In this document: positions 38,537-48,341 of the stretch, piece by piece
Numbering within the stretch: the stretch's first letter is position 1
How the letters are laid out: each line of letters starts with the position of its first letter
Source: Chromatiaceae bacterium
Lineage (GTDB): Bacteria > Pseudomonadota > Gammaproteobacteria > Chromatiales > Chromatiaceae
Assembly (NCBI GenBank): GCA_028277905.1
Contig: JANQFI010000034.1
Span: 1 to 53,463 of the forward strand
Length of the DNA stretch: 53,463 nt
Direction of reading: 5' to 3'
Translations under genes and position numbers: made by a program
Notes under the pieces: generated by a model
What the model saw: only the letters and a program-made list of their open reading frames with translations
Database searches by the model: none
Told to the model about the DNA's origin: nothing

Positions 38537-38561
38537 GCCCTGCCCCCGTTGGCGGGCGGGC

Positions 38562-39752
38562 TTACTGCTCGTCGGCCGAGGAGAGCAGGTAGCCCAAAGC
38601 GGTACCCCGAGCCAGGGGTCCACGCCGTCGCACGAGCCGAGTTGCTAGCGCGGTCGCGTCGCACACGGCCGTATCCACGAAGTGCTCGGACGTACTGGCG
38701 AGACGTTCGTATTGTTGCTTCGTGTTCACAATGAGCTTCCGGGCGCGGGAGTCTGAGGCCGGTCCACAGATCTCGGCTGGCGGGCTGTTGTAGATGCAGA
38801 GGATTTCAACCTGGTGGCGATGCAGTGCGTCGGCGTGAAGGTCGACATCGTGGCGGCGTGTAATGGCATCGCCGCCAGGGGCGATGGGGTGGAGCAGCGA
38901 ATATCCGGGGGAATCGCCGAACAGGACCAGGAGGCGTCGTGCGTCTGCGGCCCAGTCCAGGTCCAGACACCGATGCAGGGCGTCGCCCAGCGCATCGACG
39001 AAGTCACCACCTGGGGTCGGCTTCAGGCCGGCGAGTGCCGAGCGCAGCGCGTCCTTGTCGAAGGGGCGCAGGCGCAACTCGCCGTCCGGAGTCGGGACTT
39101 GGAGATCGTAATCCGGCCTGAGAGACAGCGCGTTGATGCCGGGGATATGGTGATCCCCGAAGGCCAATACGGCGAAGCGCAGCGGGGCGCCACCGCTCTC
39201 GGACTGGAGTGCTTCAGCGAAGGCCAGCAGCAACGACTCCAGGTGAGCTCGACGCTTCGGGTCTGCGAGCAGGAGGCCGGATACCGCCTCGATGCCGATG
39301 GTTGCGCCAGGCTGTGGATCCTTCCTTGGCTCATACCAGCGCGCGGTGCCATCGATCAGTAGGACGACATCCCAAGGCGTTTGCGATCCAGGGACGGGTA
39401 AGGGTAGGAGCGCTTGCTCGTTCCGTGCGCGCTCGACCGGGCGCAGAAGCCGGATGCGCCGGCTGCCGCCGTCGAGCTGCAAACCGCCGTTGCCGTCAGG
39501 GCGGATTACGAGCTGTACTCGGTCGCTGTCGCACTCGAGTATCTCGCAGCGGCACAAGGGTTGTCCGCGGCGATAGATGGGGACCTGGACGACATCCGCG
39601 CCCGGTAGGCGCTTCAGCGTCAGCCGCCGCCAGCCACGAGCATCGGCGCAAAGGTCGACCAAGCGGGTCGTGCGGGCGTCTGATTCCAGTACCAGCGCTT
39701 GTAGGTCTTCGCCTGGGTCGCTGCTGTCATGGGAGTGCGCGTCAGGCTCCAT
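38562..39752 (-). CDS. Cytoplasmic vWA-domain protein with divergent MIDAS
   Basis: DVVLLIDGTA, RFAVLAFGDH, GGDFVDALGDAL, LDWAADARRLLVLFGDSP; no signal peptide. Confidence 0.8.
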   Translation of the reverse strand: MEPDAHSHDSSDPGEDLQALVLESDARTTRLVDLCADARGWRRLTLKRLPGADVVQVPIYRRGQPLCRCEILECDSDRVQLVIRPDGNGGLQLDGGSRRIRLLRPVERARNEQALLPLPVPGSQTPWDVVLLIDGTARWYEPRKDPQPGATIGIEAVSGLLLADPKRRAHLESLLLAFAEALQSESGGAPLRFAVLAFGDHHIPGINALSLRPDYDLQVPTPDGELRLRPFDKDALRSALAGLKPTPGGDFVDALGDALHRCLDLDWAADARRLLVLFGDSPGYSLLHPIAPGGDAITRRHDVDLHADALHRHQVEILCIYNSPPAEICGPASDSRARKLIVNTKQQYERLASTSEHFVDTAVCDATALATRLVRRRGPLARGTALGYLLSSADEQ

Positions 39753-39779
39753 GTGGCCTTGCTCCGTCCAGCGTCGCGT

Positions 39780-42700
39780 CTATGCCTGGTGGGTGGCGTT
39801 TTCGATCAGCGCCGCACAAGCGTGCCGCGCCGCTTGCTCATGGGCCGACAGTGTACCCGTGCCTCGCCGGAACGTCGATGCAGCCGCGGCGCGCCACTTG
39901 GCGCCTTTTAGGAATGTTTGCACGACGGGGACGTCGAGCAATTCCCGGGTCGCGGTCTCCAGCGGCGCGCCGGAACGCAGTACCGGTAACACTTCAAGTA
40001 TCGGCAAGGATTGCTCAGCCATGAACGGGGCCGGTGTCAATAGTGCCGGGTAGTCTGCGAGTATCTGCTTGAGCAGGCCGAAGCCGCGGTCGTTCTCGGC
40101 CCAAGCAGGTTGCTCGGGGGCGGCGAGGGCTTCTTCGAGCACGCCCGCGAGCTGGAGCAGCGGATGGTCGTCCTGAATCCACCCTGATGGCCCCGAAGCG
40201 CTGGACTCCGCGCATCTCTGGGCCAACTCCTTCCAGCCCTGGTCATCCGGGTCGTTGGCCTCGAGGGCTTGCAGAACCCCCGTGAACCGCTCCCGCCGCG
40301 CTGCCAGTGCTGGAGCGTCGTTGTGGAACAGGCGCGCGATTCCTTGGAGCTTGCGCTGGCACAAGGCCACGGCGACCCATCTGCTGGCGGCGTCGCAGGG
40401 TTGCTCCGGATCGGGCAAGTCTCGCGCGAGGTCGCCAATGACTTGCTCTAGGGCGACGAGCCAGTCGGACGTCGATGTGTCGCGCATCGATGCGTCTACA
40501 TGATGGCGTAGAGCACGCACCAGGTATCCTTGTGTCCACCAGGGCCAGTTCTCCAACGCCCGGACCCCGTCGCAGGGTGCTCTTGCGAGCAGGTTCGCGA
40601 CGGCCTTGCCGTGTGCGGCGAGGGCATGGGGCCGGCGTATGCCTGCATGTTGCAGCAGTGTGGCCGAGTCGGTGAGGCTCGGCGGCTCGTTGTGCTCACT
40701 TGCCTCGCCGCCCTTGGCGAGCAGCCAGTCGAAAGCGGCCGGGTTCGAGAGTTGCTCGGCGAAGCGCGATGCTGCAACAAGCTCTGTCGTCGTGGGGGCC
40801 GCGGGCGCTGCCCTGTCAATGACGCATTCCGCGAGCAGGGCGAGTGTGCCGAGGTCATCGCAACGCGCGGCTAGGTCTTTCAGGGCCTGCGGCGCGGTCG
40901 ATGCATCCCATGGCCAGCGACCTTGCGGCCCCGGACAGATCGCCCGGATGTCATCGGCGCTCAGGGTGGGCGGCAGGTCCTGATCGACCAGTTGCCAGAG
41001 CTCGCGGGTGCAGCTCGCCGGGCCGGTCGAAGCATTTCCGGTCGTCGCTTCCGCCGCCCGTGCCTGCGGGTTGCCGGCCTCGGGCGGTGATTGCCAGGCT
41101 GGGCTCGAAAGCCAGGTCAGTGCGCTCTGCCGGCGTTCCTCGTCATTGAGCTTCGTGTACCTGCGCCATTGCTCCCAGCGGCCGGTGCTAATCAGGCAGC
41201 GCGTGAGCGGCTCCGGTTGGCGGCGCATCTGCTCGTCGATCAGCGCATGGATGCGTTGCGCCGCCTGTTCCTCCGTGGTGCGGGCCGTTAGGCACCGCAC
41301 TAGCGTTGCGGGCGCAATACGCGCTGCGACGCCCTTGCGCTCGGCCAGCGCGGCCAGGTGCACGCAACCCGCCCAGGGCAGAGTCAGGCTCCCGTCGTCA
41401 TCGATGAGCGCTGAAAGCAGTGGCTCATCGTCTTCGCCGGCCGCAATGCGCTCGACGACGAGCTCCTGCTGCGCCGGTTCGGTCAATGCGGCGAGCTTCG
41501 GCCACAGGTGCTCGAGCACACTCGGCAGGCTGCTGTGTCGCGCCTTACCGATCAGTTGCACCAGAACCAGCGCCAAGTCGAGATGTGCTTGCGGATCGAG
41601 CATCCTAAGTGCCGCGGACGCCGTTTCTGCGATGTCGGCGGAAGGCTCGGTGAGCTCCCGTGCGGCACGCTCGATGACCGCTGTCAGGTCTGCGTGCCAG
41701 GGCGGCTTCAGCGGGAGGACGGCCAGCAGCGCGGGCGTCGCCTCGGTCGCCGAGCAGACTTCGCCGGTGACGAGCGTCCGCCACCAGGCAGGTTCAAGCA
41801 AGCCTTGATCGGTGGCTTGCAGCAGGATCGACAGGACGCCGGGCGCGCATGCCGCCAGAGCCAGGGCCCGATTCTGGAAGCGCCGGCGCCACAGCGTGCG
41901 CTCTTCCAGCTCTGCTGCCAATAGGGGTGCGAGCACTTCGGGAGGGATCTCAGCGAGCGGCAGGGATCGCCCTAGGTCTGCCAGCAACGATGATGGCAGA
42001 GTCTCCGGGGTCTCCACGAGCAGTTCCTGGAGTCGCTCCCGATCCGCGCGTGCGACGGAACGCCGCCAGCTGGGCCCTCGCAGCGCGAGCCGTTTCCCTG
42101 AGGCCATCAGGTGAGCCTGGGCGGCGGCCCGCAGCGCTACAGTCCCAGGTCCAAGTCGCTCGCTAGGCATCAGGATGAATGCCGCCAGCTCATTGGGATC
42201 GACGGCGGTCCAGTCCACGGCGTCGAGCAGCCGTTGCCAGGGTAGTGGGTCCCGCGCTAAGGGCATCAGGGCTTGCCGCAGCAGCCCCGTCGTGCCGGGA
42301 ACGGCCGCTGCGAGCGACGCCTCGAGCCGAAACAGCGTCGGAATCAGCCGGATCGCATCGTTGCTTGGCCGCGCATGCGCTTCCAGTAGGCGCGCAACGC
42401 GGCGGGCGGCACCTGCGAGCCACTCCGGTGCGGTGCGAGCCTCGGCGAGCATCGCTTCTGCGTAGTCAACGAAGCAAGCCTCGATTGGCGCGCTGGCGAG
42501 TGGTTCACCTTCGGCGTCTACCACGAGGGTGTTCGGTTCGGGGTCGTGGGTTGCGCCAGGCGGCTGAGAGACGCTCTGGACGTCGCTGACTGCCGGCGTC
42601 ACCCGTTGCTCCGCGGCCGCAGGTCCGGGTGAGCTGTCTTCGGGGCGTCGTGCTGGGGCCACCGGCAACGCCGCATGTGCCAGCTCGATGAGCTGGCCGA

Positions 42701-42845
42701 GCTCGGCACCATTGCTCGGCGCGGTCGGGTCGAGCGCAATCAGCAGGCGGCGATTGTAGACGCGGGCCTGGTAGAGGGCGGCCGCGAGCTGAGCGGCGAT
42801 CGCTCGGGTCCGCGCGGAGCTGAGCAGGTCGGTGGGAATGGGCAT
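39780..42845 (-). CDS. Large helical hypothetical protein, possibly GAP1-related and N-terminally truncated
   Basis: ~1020-aa Ala/Leu/Trp-rich ORF co-oriented with neighbours; ATG 42845 (track start 42908). Confidence 0.65.
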   Translation of the reverse strand: MPIPTDLLSSARTRAIAAQLAAALYQARVYNRRLLIALDPTAPSNGAELGQLIELAHAALPVAPARRPEDSSPGPAAAEQRVTPAVSDVQSVSQPPGATHDPEPNTLVVDAEGEPLASAPIEACFVDYAEAMLAEARTAPEWLAGAARRVARLLEAHARPSNDAIRLIPTLFRLEASLAAAVPGTTGLLRQALMPLARDPLPWQRLLDAVDWTAVDPNELAAFILMPSERLGPGTVALRAAAQAHLMASGKRLALRGPSWRRSVARADRERLQELLVETPETLPSSLLADLGRSLPLAEIPPEVLAPLLAAELEERTLWRRRFQNRALALAACAPGVLSILLQATDQGLLEPAWWRTLVTGEVCSATEATPALLAVLPLKPPWHADLTAVIERAARELTEPSADIAETASAALRMLDPQAHLDLALVLVQLIGKARHSSLPSVLEHLWPKLAALTEPAQQELVVERIAAGEDDEPLLSALIDDDGSLTLPWAGCVHLAALAERKGVAARIAPATLVRCLTARTTEEQAAQRIHALIDEQMRRQPEPLTRCLISTGRWEQWRRYTKLNDEERRQSALTWLSSPAWQSPPEAGNPQARAAEATTGNASTGPASCTRELWQLVDQDLPPTLSADDIRAICPGPQGRWPWDASTAPQALKDLAARCDDLGTLALLAECVIDRAAPAAPTTTELVAASRFAEQLSNPAAFDWLLAKGGEASEHNEPPSLTDSATLLQHAGIRRPHALAAHGKAVANLLARAPCDGVRALENWPWWTQGYLVRALRHHVDASMRDTSTSDWLVALEQVIGDLARDLPDPEQPCDAASRWVAVALCQRKLQGIARLFHNDAPALAARRERFTGVLQALEANDPDDQGWKELAQRCAESSASGPSGWIQDDHPLLQLAGVLEEALAAPEQPAWAENDRGFGLLKQILADYPALLTPAPFMAEQSLPILEVLPVLRSGAPLETATRELLDVPVVQTFLKGAKWRAAAASTFRRGTGTLSAHEQAARHACAALIENATHQA

Positions 42846-42873
42846 GAAACGCAAGCGCTTCCAGCGAGAGCTG

Positions 42874-45021
42874 TCAGCGATTCCGCAGCTCGAAATAGAC
42901 GGTGCCACGCTCGTTGCGATAGGGCGTGCCCGTCCGTGCGATGAGCTCGGTCGCGGATAGCGGCGTCCATGCGTCCTCCTCGTTGTGGCTCAAGATCAGG
43001 CTGCCGTGCATCGGGCGCAACATGACCCGACCGCGATCCGCGCGTAAGCACGCGATTGCCGCGGATGCGTTGCCGTTGACGCGGTAGTCCTCACGAATGT
43101 ACGCCCGCGCGTGGCGGTAGAAGCCGCCGCCGGTCCCGCGCTGTGCCCGCAGCAGCAGAAATATGCCTTCATCGAGGTCTTCTTCGTTCGCGATGAGCAC
43201 GCCGAGCTGTCGATGGAAGCGAGCCGGCCAGATGAAGCCGTAGATGATTACCGCGGCGACCAGTAGGGCCACGGCTGCGAGCGCGAAGGGCAGTGCGCAG
43301 CGCCACCAGGGCGTCGAGTTGGTTTCGAGCAACAACGGGATCTCGCTACTGCCCAGACTGCCGTCGGCGGTTGGCGCCTGAATGATGAGCTTGTGCTGTC
43401 TGGGCGTGACGGTACCAATGCAGTGCCCGGTGCGCACCCGCAGGGTCCAGGGACGGTCGTCATCCGGCAAAGGGAGCTGCACGGGGCGGCGACCGAGCCG
43501 CCGAATACGCTCGCCGTCGTCCAGCAGGAGCCTGATGCCTGGCTTGTCGAGGTCCGTTGTCACCGATACAAGGGGTCTTCCTTCCCGAGAGACGATACGC
43601 AACGGGAGCGGTCTCGACTGGTCGTCGCCCTCGGTCATCGCGGCCAGTGCCAGCGCGTCCTGGTCGCCGAGGCTCGCTGAGCCTGGCGGCTCGTCGGCTG
43701 CGTCTTCGGTGACGCTGAGATTGATATGGGAGAACGCCATGCCGCCCAGGTAGCCGTAGGAGTCGGCGGAATCGAAGCCGTAAACGGTGATGCCGAAGGG
43801 CTCGTCGGCGCGCAGTCGATGTACCCCAGGCCGCAGCGGGAGGGCGCCGCCGCTCAGATTGGAGCCGGCAATGGGGCTGAGCTCGCTCCTGTCCACGGGC
43901 TGGCCGTCCAGTCGCAATGAGCCGAGCGCCGCCGTCGGGATGATGACGTTGACGTAGTTGATGCTGAAGCCCGACTGCGGAGTGGCGAATACGTAGCCAT
44001 CGAGAAATTGCTCTGTCGGGGGCAAGATCACGAAAAACGGATCGGACGTTACGCCATCGTACGCCGTGCCGAGCGAGAACTGGCCCATGAGCACGGGCTT
44101 GGTCGCCTCGATGACGGCGGGTCGGGCGATGATCTCTTCCAGCACCTCGCCTGCCGCGAGGCTCACTTTGCGTCGGCCGTCGATGCGGATCTCGGTATTA
44201 TCCTCGCTCGCCAGGATGCGGATCATATCGCCCCGCTGCCGCGTGGCGATGGGTAGGGTCACAATACGATTACCCCAGGTCGACAGTGGCGGCATCATCT
44301 GGACGAGATGATCACAGGCCGGGACCCCGGTCGGGACTTGTGCGCAGTCGGCCCCGGCGAGCACGCCGACCGGTGCCGTCGCCGTCACGGAGGTGCCGGT
44401 GAGGTCTCCATCGGGGGCAGCGCCGACCAAGGCGTAGACCTCGCCTCGATCCAGGTGAACGTCGAACGATGCCGGGGCGCCCCGGCCTTCCACGGGCTTT
44501 GTGGTCTCGATGTGCACGTCCGTGTCGTCGGCGGTGGCGACGATGGCCACTTGGCTCGAGCCGTCGATGGAGGGGTAGGTCAGCACGCGATAGTACCGGC
44601 CGAGCGCATCAACGGGCAGGACCAGGAAGGCGTCGGTAGAGTGCTTGACGCGATTCAGAGCGTAGACAGTGACATCACGGTCGGTTCCGATCCGCACCGA
44701 GTTGGCGGAGACCTGGTCAGGTTCCAGTCGGCGCACGCTGATTGGGAGCGCAACCTCCTTCAGGCTGCCCGCGGACACCGAGAAGCTCTCCGTCACATCG
44801 CCCACAGGTGCCGAAATCGTCCCGCTGGCGCCCTTCTGTGAGGCGATATACAGGTGTAGATCCTTCTGAAAGAACCGCGCCAACCACTCACCTGATGCAT
44901 TGGGCTGAAACGCGAACAGGAACTCGCGGCCGGCGCTGTCCGTGCCGGCTGCGAATGCTTGTGCACAGACGGCGAGCGCGAGCATCCCCAAGCCTAGGCC
45001 TGCGGCTGATCTGGCGGACAT
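42874..45021 (-). CDS. IgGFc-binding (FCGBP N-terminal-like) domain single-pass membrane protein with conserved cytoplasmic tail
   Basis: Signal peptide; DSAGREFLFAF, STDAFLVLPVDALG, CDHLVQMMPPLSTWG, DPFFVILPPTEQF, YGFDSADSYGYLGG; TM; tail homologous to that of 16028-18313. Confidence 0.85.
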   Translation of the reverse strand: MSARSAAGLGLGMLALAVCAQAFAAGTDSAGREFLFAFQPNASGEWLARFFQKDLHLYIASQKGASGTISAPVGDVTESFSVSAGSLKEVALPISVRRLEPDQVSANSVRIGTDRDVTVYALNRVKHSTDAFLVLPVDALGRYYRVLTYPSIDGSSQVAIVATADDTDVHIETTKPVEGRGAPASFDVHLDRGEVYALVGAAPDGDLTGTSVTATAPVGVLAGADCAQVPTGVPACDHLVQMMPPLSTWGNRIVTLPIATRQRGDMIRILASEDNTEIRIDGRRKVSLAAGEVLEEIIARPAVIEATKPVLMGQFSLGTAYDGVTSDPFFVILPPTEQFLDGYVFATPQSGFSINYVNVIIPTAALGSLRLDGQPVDRSELSPIAGSNLSGGALPLRPGVHRLRADEPFGITVYGFDSADSYGYLGGMAFSHINLSVTEDAADEPPGSASLGDQDALALAAMTEGDDQSRPLPLRIVSREGRPLVSVTTDLDKPGIRLLLDDGERIRRLGRRPVQLPLPDDDRPWTLRVRTGHCIGTVTPRQHKLIIQAPTADGSLGSSEIPLLLETNSTPWWRCALPFALAAVALLVAAVIIYGFIWPARFHRQLGVLIANEEDLDEGIFLLLRAQRGTGGGFYRHARAYIREDYRVNGNASAAIACLRADRGRVMLRPMHGSLILSHNEEDAWTPLSATELIARTGTPYRNERGTVYFELRNR

Positions 45022-45397
45022 CGGAAGTCGCTCGAGTGGTCGGCCCTTGGTCCAAACAACGCGGTTATGCTGTCCCCGAACCCGTGGCCGTCGCTGGCTC
45101 GCGGTGAGATCGAGGCCAGCCGTGTCAGGGTCTTTTTCGGCCTGGATTGAGCAGCGGGCGATTGCACGCACGGCAACATCAGTGCATATCCTACTCGCCG
45201 CGGGTAGGGCGTATCGGCCTCATCTTCTTGCAGGCTTGACCTAGCCATGTTGTAGCCTCTTCGCCCCTCGCTGTAGGGATGAAGCATGAGCGCGAGCGCT
45301 GCGGTGTTGATCCACTGCGCCGAGCCGTCGGGTGTCCAGGGCAGAATGCGCTTGCGTCGGTTCTTCAAGCCCCCCGGGTGTCGATGAGGCACTGTAC

Positions 45398-46360
45398 ATG
45401 ATCAGACGGCCCAAGCTTGTGTCCCGATTGGTGCAACGCGGCATCGCCCTGGTCCTCGTCCTCTGGGTCATCGCCCTGCTGACGGTGATGGCGCTGGGGT
45501 TGACGACGACGCAGCGGACGGAGAACGCGCTGACGCGCAATCAGATCGATGCGGCACGGTTTCGGGCGGCTGCCGATGCGGCCTTGGCGCTGACGGCGCT
45601 GAACCTGTTGACGACGCCCTTGGAGACGGTGCCCGTGGAGGAGGTTTGGGTGCCGAACGGGGTGCCGCGGTCGCTGGTGTTGGACGGCGTGGAGTTGACG
45701 GTGACGCTCGGGAACGAGGGCTCGCGGCTGGATCTGAATCGGGCGACGCGGGAGCAGCTGGCGGCGCTGATCGAGTTGGCGCAGGGGGAGGCCGGATACG
45801 ACGAGGCGCAGCGGGATGCACTGGCGGATGCGATCCTGGATTGGCGGGACGAGGATGATCTGACGCAGTTGAACGGCGCAGAGGACGGCGACTATGAGGC
45901 CGCGGGGCTGCCTTATGGTGCAGCTGACGGACCCTTCCGCAGTGTGGAGGAGCTGCGCGAGGTGTTGGGGATGACCCGTGAGCTGTATCGGCGCCTGGCG
46001 CCGGACCTGACCGTCGATAACGACACGGGGCGGGTGGAGCAGCGGTTTGCTTCTGCGCCGGTGCTGGCGGTCTTGCAGGGGATCTCGCTGGAGGATGCGC
46101 AGCAGATGGTGGTGGAGCGCGATCAGCCGCTGCTGCCGGATGGGCAGCAGGCCCGTACGGTCAACCGCGGCGGGCCGCTGTATCGGGTGCGGGTGGCCGA
46201 GGCGGGGGCCGCTGTGGGTGCTGGGCGCGGCGGCCGGCAGATGGAGGTGCTGGCCTTGGTGCAGCAGGGGGAGCAGCCGCCCTTCGAGGTGCTTTGGCGG
46301 CGCTATGGACTCTTGGCCAGGACGGCCGGCGCGGTGGGAGAGGTTATTGCGGACGAGTGA
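45398..46360 (+). CDS. gspK: Type II secretion minor pseudopilin GspK
   Basis: Prepilin motif QRG-IALVLVLWVIALL, RLDLN, LADAILDWRDEDD, GAEDGDY, FRSVEEL. Confidence 0.92.
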   Translation: MIRRPKLVSRLVQRGIALVLVLWVIALLTVMALGLTTTQRTENALTRNQIDAARFRAAADAALALTALNLLTTPLETVPVEEVWVPNGVPRSLVLDGVELTVTLGNEGSRLDLNRATREQLAALIELAQGEAGYDEAQRDALADAILDWRDEDDLTQLNGAEDGDYEAAGLPYGAADGPFRSVEELREVLGMTRELYRRLAPDLTVDNDTGRVEQRFASAPVLAVLQGISLEDAQQMVVERDQPLLPDGQQARTVNRGGPLYRVRVAEAGAAVGAGRGGRQMEVLALVQQGEQPPFEVLWRRYGLLARTAGAVGEVIADE

Positions 46361-46471
46361 TGACTTGGCGCGTTATGCTCTTGGCTTTGGCGGGCGCGGG
46401 GCAATTGAGGTGATTCTGACTGGGCTTCTGCCGGGGCCTGCCCGACCTGGTCATGTGGCGGAGGTGCTGGG

Positions 46472-47578
46472 TTGACGGCGTTGAGTCGGTCCGCGGCTCG
46501 TGCTGGGCTGCGGCTGCCCAGGGTGGCTGCCTGGCCGGGCGTCGGGCTGTTGCGGCGCTGGGGGGACACATTGCTGCGCTGCATGCCGCAGGGGCTGCGG
46601 CGCTGGATTGCGCTGCGCAACCCGCGACTGGTGGTGCAGCCACAGGGGGACGATGCGCAGCTGTTGTTGCAGATCGGCGGGGAGCGCGAGCCCATCGGCG
46701 GGGTCGACCTGCGCACCGGCGGGACCCTGGTGTCGGCGCTGGCGCGGTCGCCGAAGCGGGGTTGGCGCGAGACCTGGCTGGAGCTGCCCGCCGAGCGGGT
46801 GCTGCTGCGCCGGGCGACCCTGCCGGCGCAGGTGGAGGACAACCTGCGCCAGGTGCTGACCTTCGAGATCGACCGGCTCACGCCCTTTGTGGCGCGTGAC
46901 GTCTATTTCGACGCCCGGGTGCTGGGCCGGGTCGCCCGTGGCGCCAAGCTGGACGTCGAGCTGGCGGTGGCGCGTCGTGACGCCGCGGCGGACTGGCTGG
47001 AGCGGCTGCGGGAGGGGCGCTCGCCCGCGGCACGGCTCGCCTGGCCGGGGGCTTGGCCCGGCGCCAACCTGCTGCCGCGCGAGGAGCGCCCGAAGCCGCG
47101 CCGTCTTGGCTCGCTGTTGACGCATGGGCTGGTGATTCTGGTGGTCGGCCTGGTGGTGGCGGCGCTGTTGTCGCCGCTGGTGCAGCAGCAGCGCACGCAA
47201 GCGCTGCTGGACGCCGAGCTCAAGCGGGCGCGCAGCACGGCGGTGGAGGTGGAAGGGGTGCGCGAGGCGTTGGAGCGCGCACGGCTCGGCAGCGTCGAGG
47301 TGCTGAACCGCAAGCGCGAGCACCCGCGCATGATCGACCTGCTGCGCGAGCTGACGGACCTGCTGCCGGACGGCACCTGGGTGCAGACGCTGAACTTCCG
47401 CGACGGCGAGGTGGACATCCGCGGCGAGTCGGACCAGGCCACGGCGCTCATTGGCATGCTCGAGCGTGGCCCCGGCATCAGTGCGGTGAGCTTCCGCTCG
47501 CCCGTGATGCAGGTGGCCAGCACCGGGCAGGAGCGCTTCCACATCTCCTTCCAATACGGACGGCCAAAGACGGATTGA
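46472..47578 (+). CDS. gspL: Type II secretion protein GspL (XpsL/PilN-like)
   Basis: LPAQVEDNLRQVLTFEIDRLTPF, NLLP, TM, LLRELTDLLPDGTW, ERFHI; follows gspK. Confidence 0.88.
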   Translation: MTALSRSAARAGLRLPRVAAWPGVGLLRRWGDTLLRCMPQGLRRWIALRNPRLVVQPQGDDAQLLLQIGGEREPIGGVDLRTGGTLVSALARSPKRGWRETWLELPAERVLLRRATLPAQVEDNLRQVLTFEIDRLTPFVARDVYFDARVLGRVARGAKLDVELAVARRDAAADWLERLREGRSPAARLAWPGAWPGANLLPREERPKPRRLGSLLTHGLVILVVGLVVAALLSPLVQQQRTQALLDAELKRARSTAVEVEGVREALERARLGSVEVLNRKREHPRMIDLLRELTDLLPDGTWVQTLNFRDGEVDIRGESDQATALIGMLERGPGISAVSFRSPVMQVASTGQERFHISFQYGRPKTD

Positions 47579-47588
47579 GCTGGCCGAC

Positions 47589-48341
47589 ATGGACCGATCC
47601 CAGGTCTCAGAAGCGCAGCCCCCCGGGGCGATGCCACCGTCCGGCCAGGCGCCCGGCGGATGGCCCGCCATGCGTGCCGCCGCGCCTGCCGCGGCTGCGG
47701 CGGAGCTTGCCGCGCCGTCACGCCGGCGGAGCACGCGGCCGAGCTGGGCCTGCATCGCCGCCTGGTCCGCCGCGCTCTTGTGGCCGGCGCTCTTGGTGCT
47801 GGCTGTCGCCCTGCCCTGGTGGCAGCAGCATCAGGCGCTGGAGGCGGACTATGAGCGCGGCGCCGACCAGCTCTTCCGCTACCAGCGGCTGGTGGCGACC
47901 CTGCCGGGTCTGCGTGCGGAGCTGGCGCGGGAGCAGGCCAACGACGACTTCAAGGCCTTCTATTTCGATGCCGAGACGCCGGCGCTGGCCGGTGCGCGGC
48001 TGCAGAGCGAGGTGCAGGAGATGGTTCGCACCGCCGGCGCGCAGCCGATCAGCACCCAGATCCTGCCGGTGAGCGCCGAGGAGCAGCCGCCGCGGGTGCG
48101 CATCCGTACCCAGCTGCAGGGGGCCACGGATGAGCTGCTGGAGGTGCTGCATCGTATCGAGAGCGCCCGGCCCTTCCTGTTCGTGGACCAGATGTCCATT
48201 CGCTCGACCATGCCGCGGGCCCGCAACATTGCGCGGCGCAATGTCCGCCGCCCGGTGCGCCCGTCGGCGACACAGCAGCGGGTGGGCCAGCTGACGGTAC
48301 GCCTCGACATCTTCGGCTATATCCTCGGGGGCGGCGCGTGA
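47589..48341 (+). CDS. gspM: Type II secretion protein GspM (XpsM-type)
   Basis: TM then ALAGARLQ, LLEVLHRIESARPFLFVDQMSI, LTVRLDIFGY; gene order. Confidence 0.85.
   Translation: MDRSQVSEAQPPGAMPPSGQAPGGWPAMRAAAPAAAAAELAAPSRRRSTRPSWACIAAWSAALLWPALLVLAVALPWWQQHQALEADYERGADQLFRYQRLVATLPGLRAELAREQANDDFKAFYFDAETPALAGARLQSEVQEMVRTAGAQPISTQILPVSAEEQPPRVRIRTQLQGATDELLEVLHRIESARPFLFVDQMSIRSTMPRARNIARRNVRRPVRPSATQQRVGQLTVRLDIFGYILGGGA

Noticed and set aside
16028-45021. Type VI secretion or MoxR-vWA system
   Set aside because: No TssB/C, Hcp, VgrG, ClpV or AAA+ MoxR motifs seen
44994-45392. 132-aa minus-strand ORF between the IgGFc gene and gspK
   Set aside because: No recognisable motif, overlaps the neighbouring start region, cannot be supported without a search
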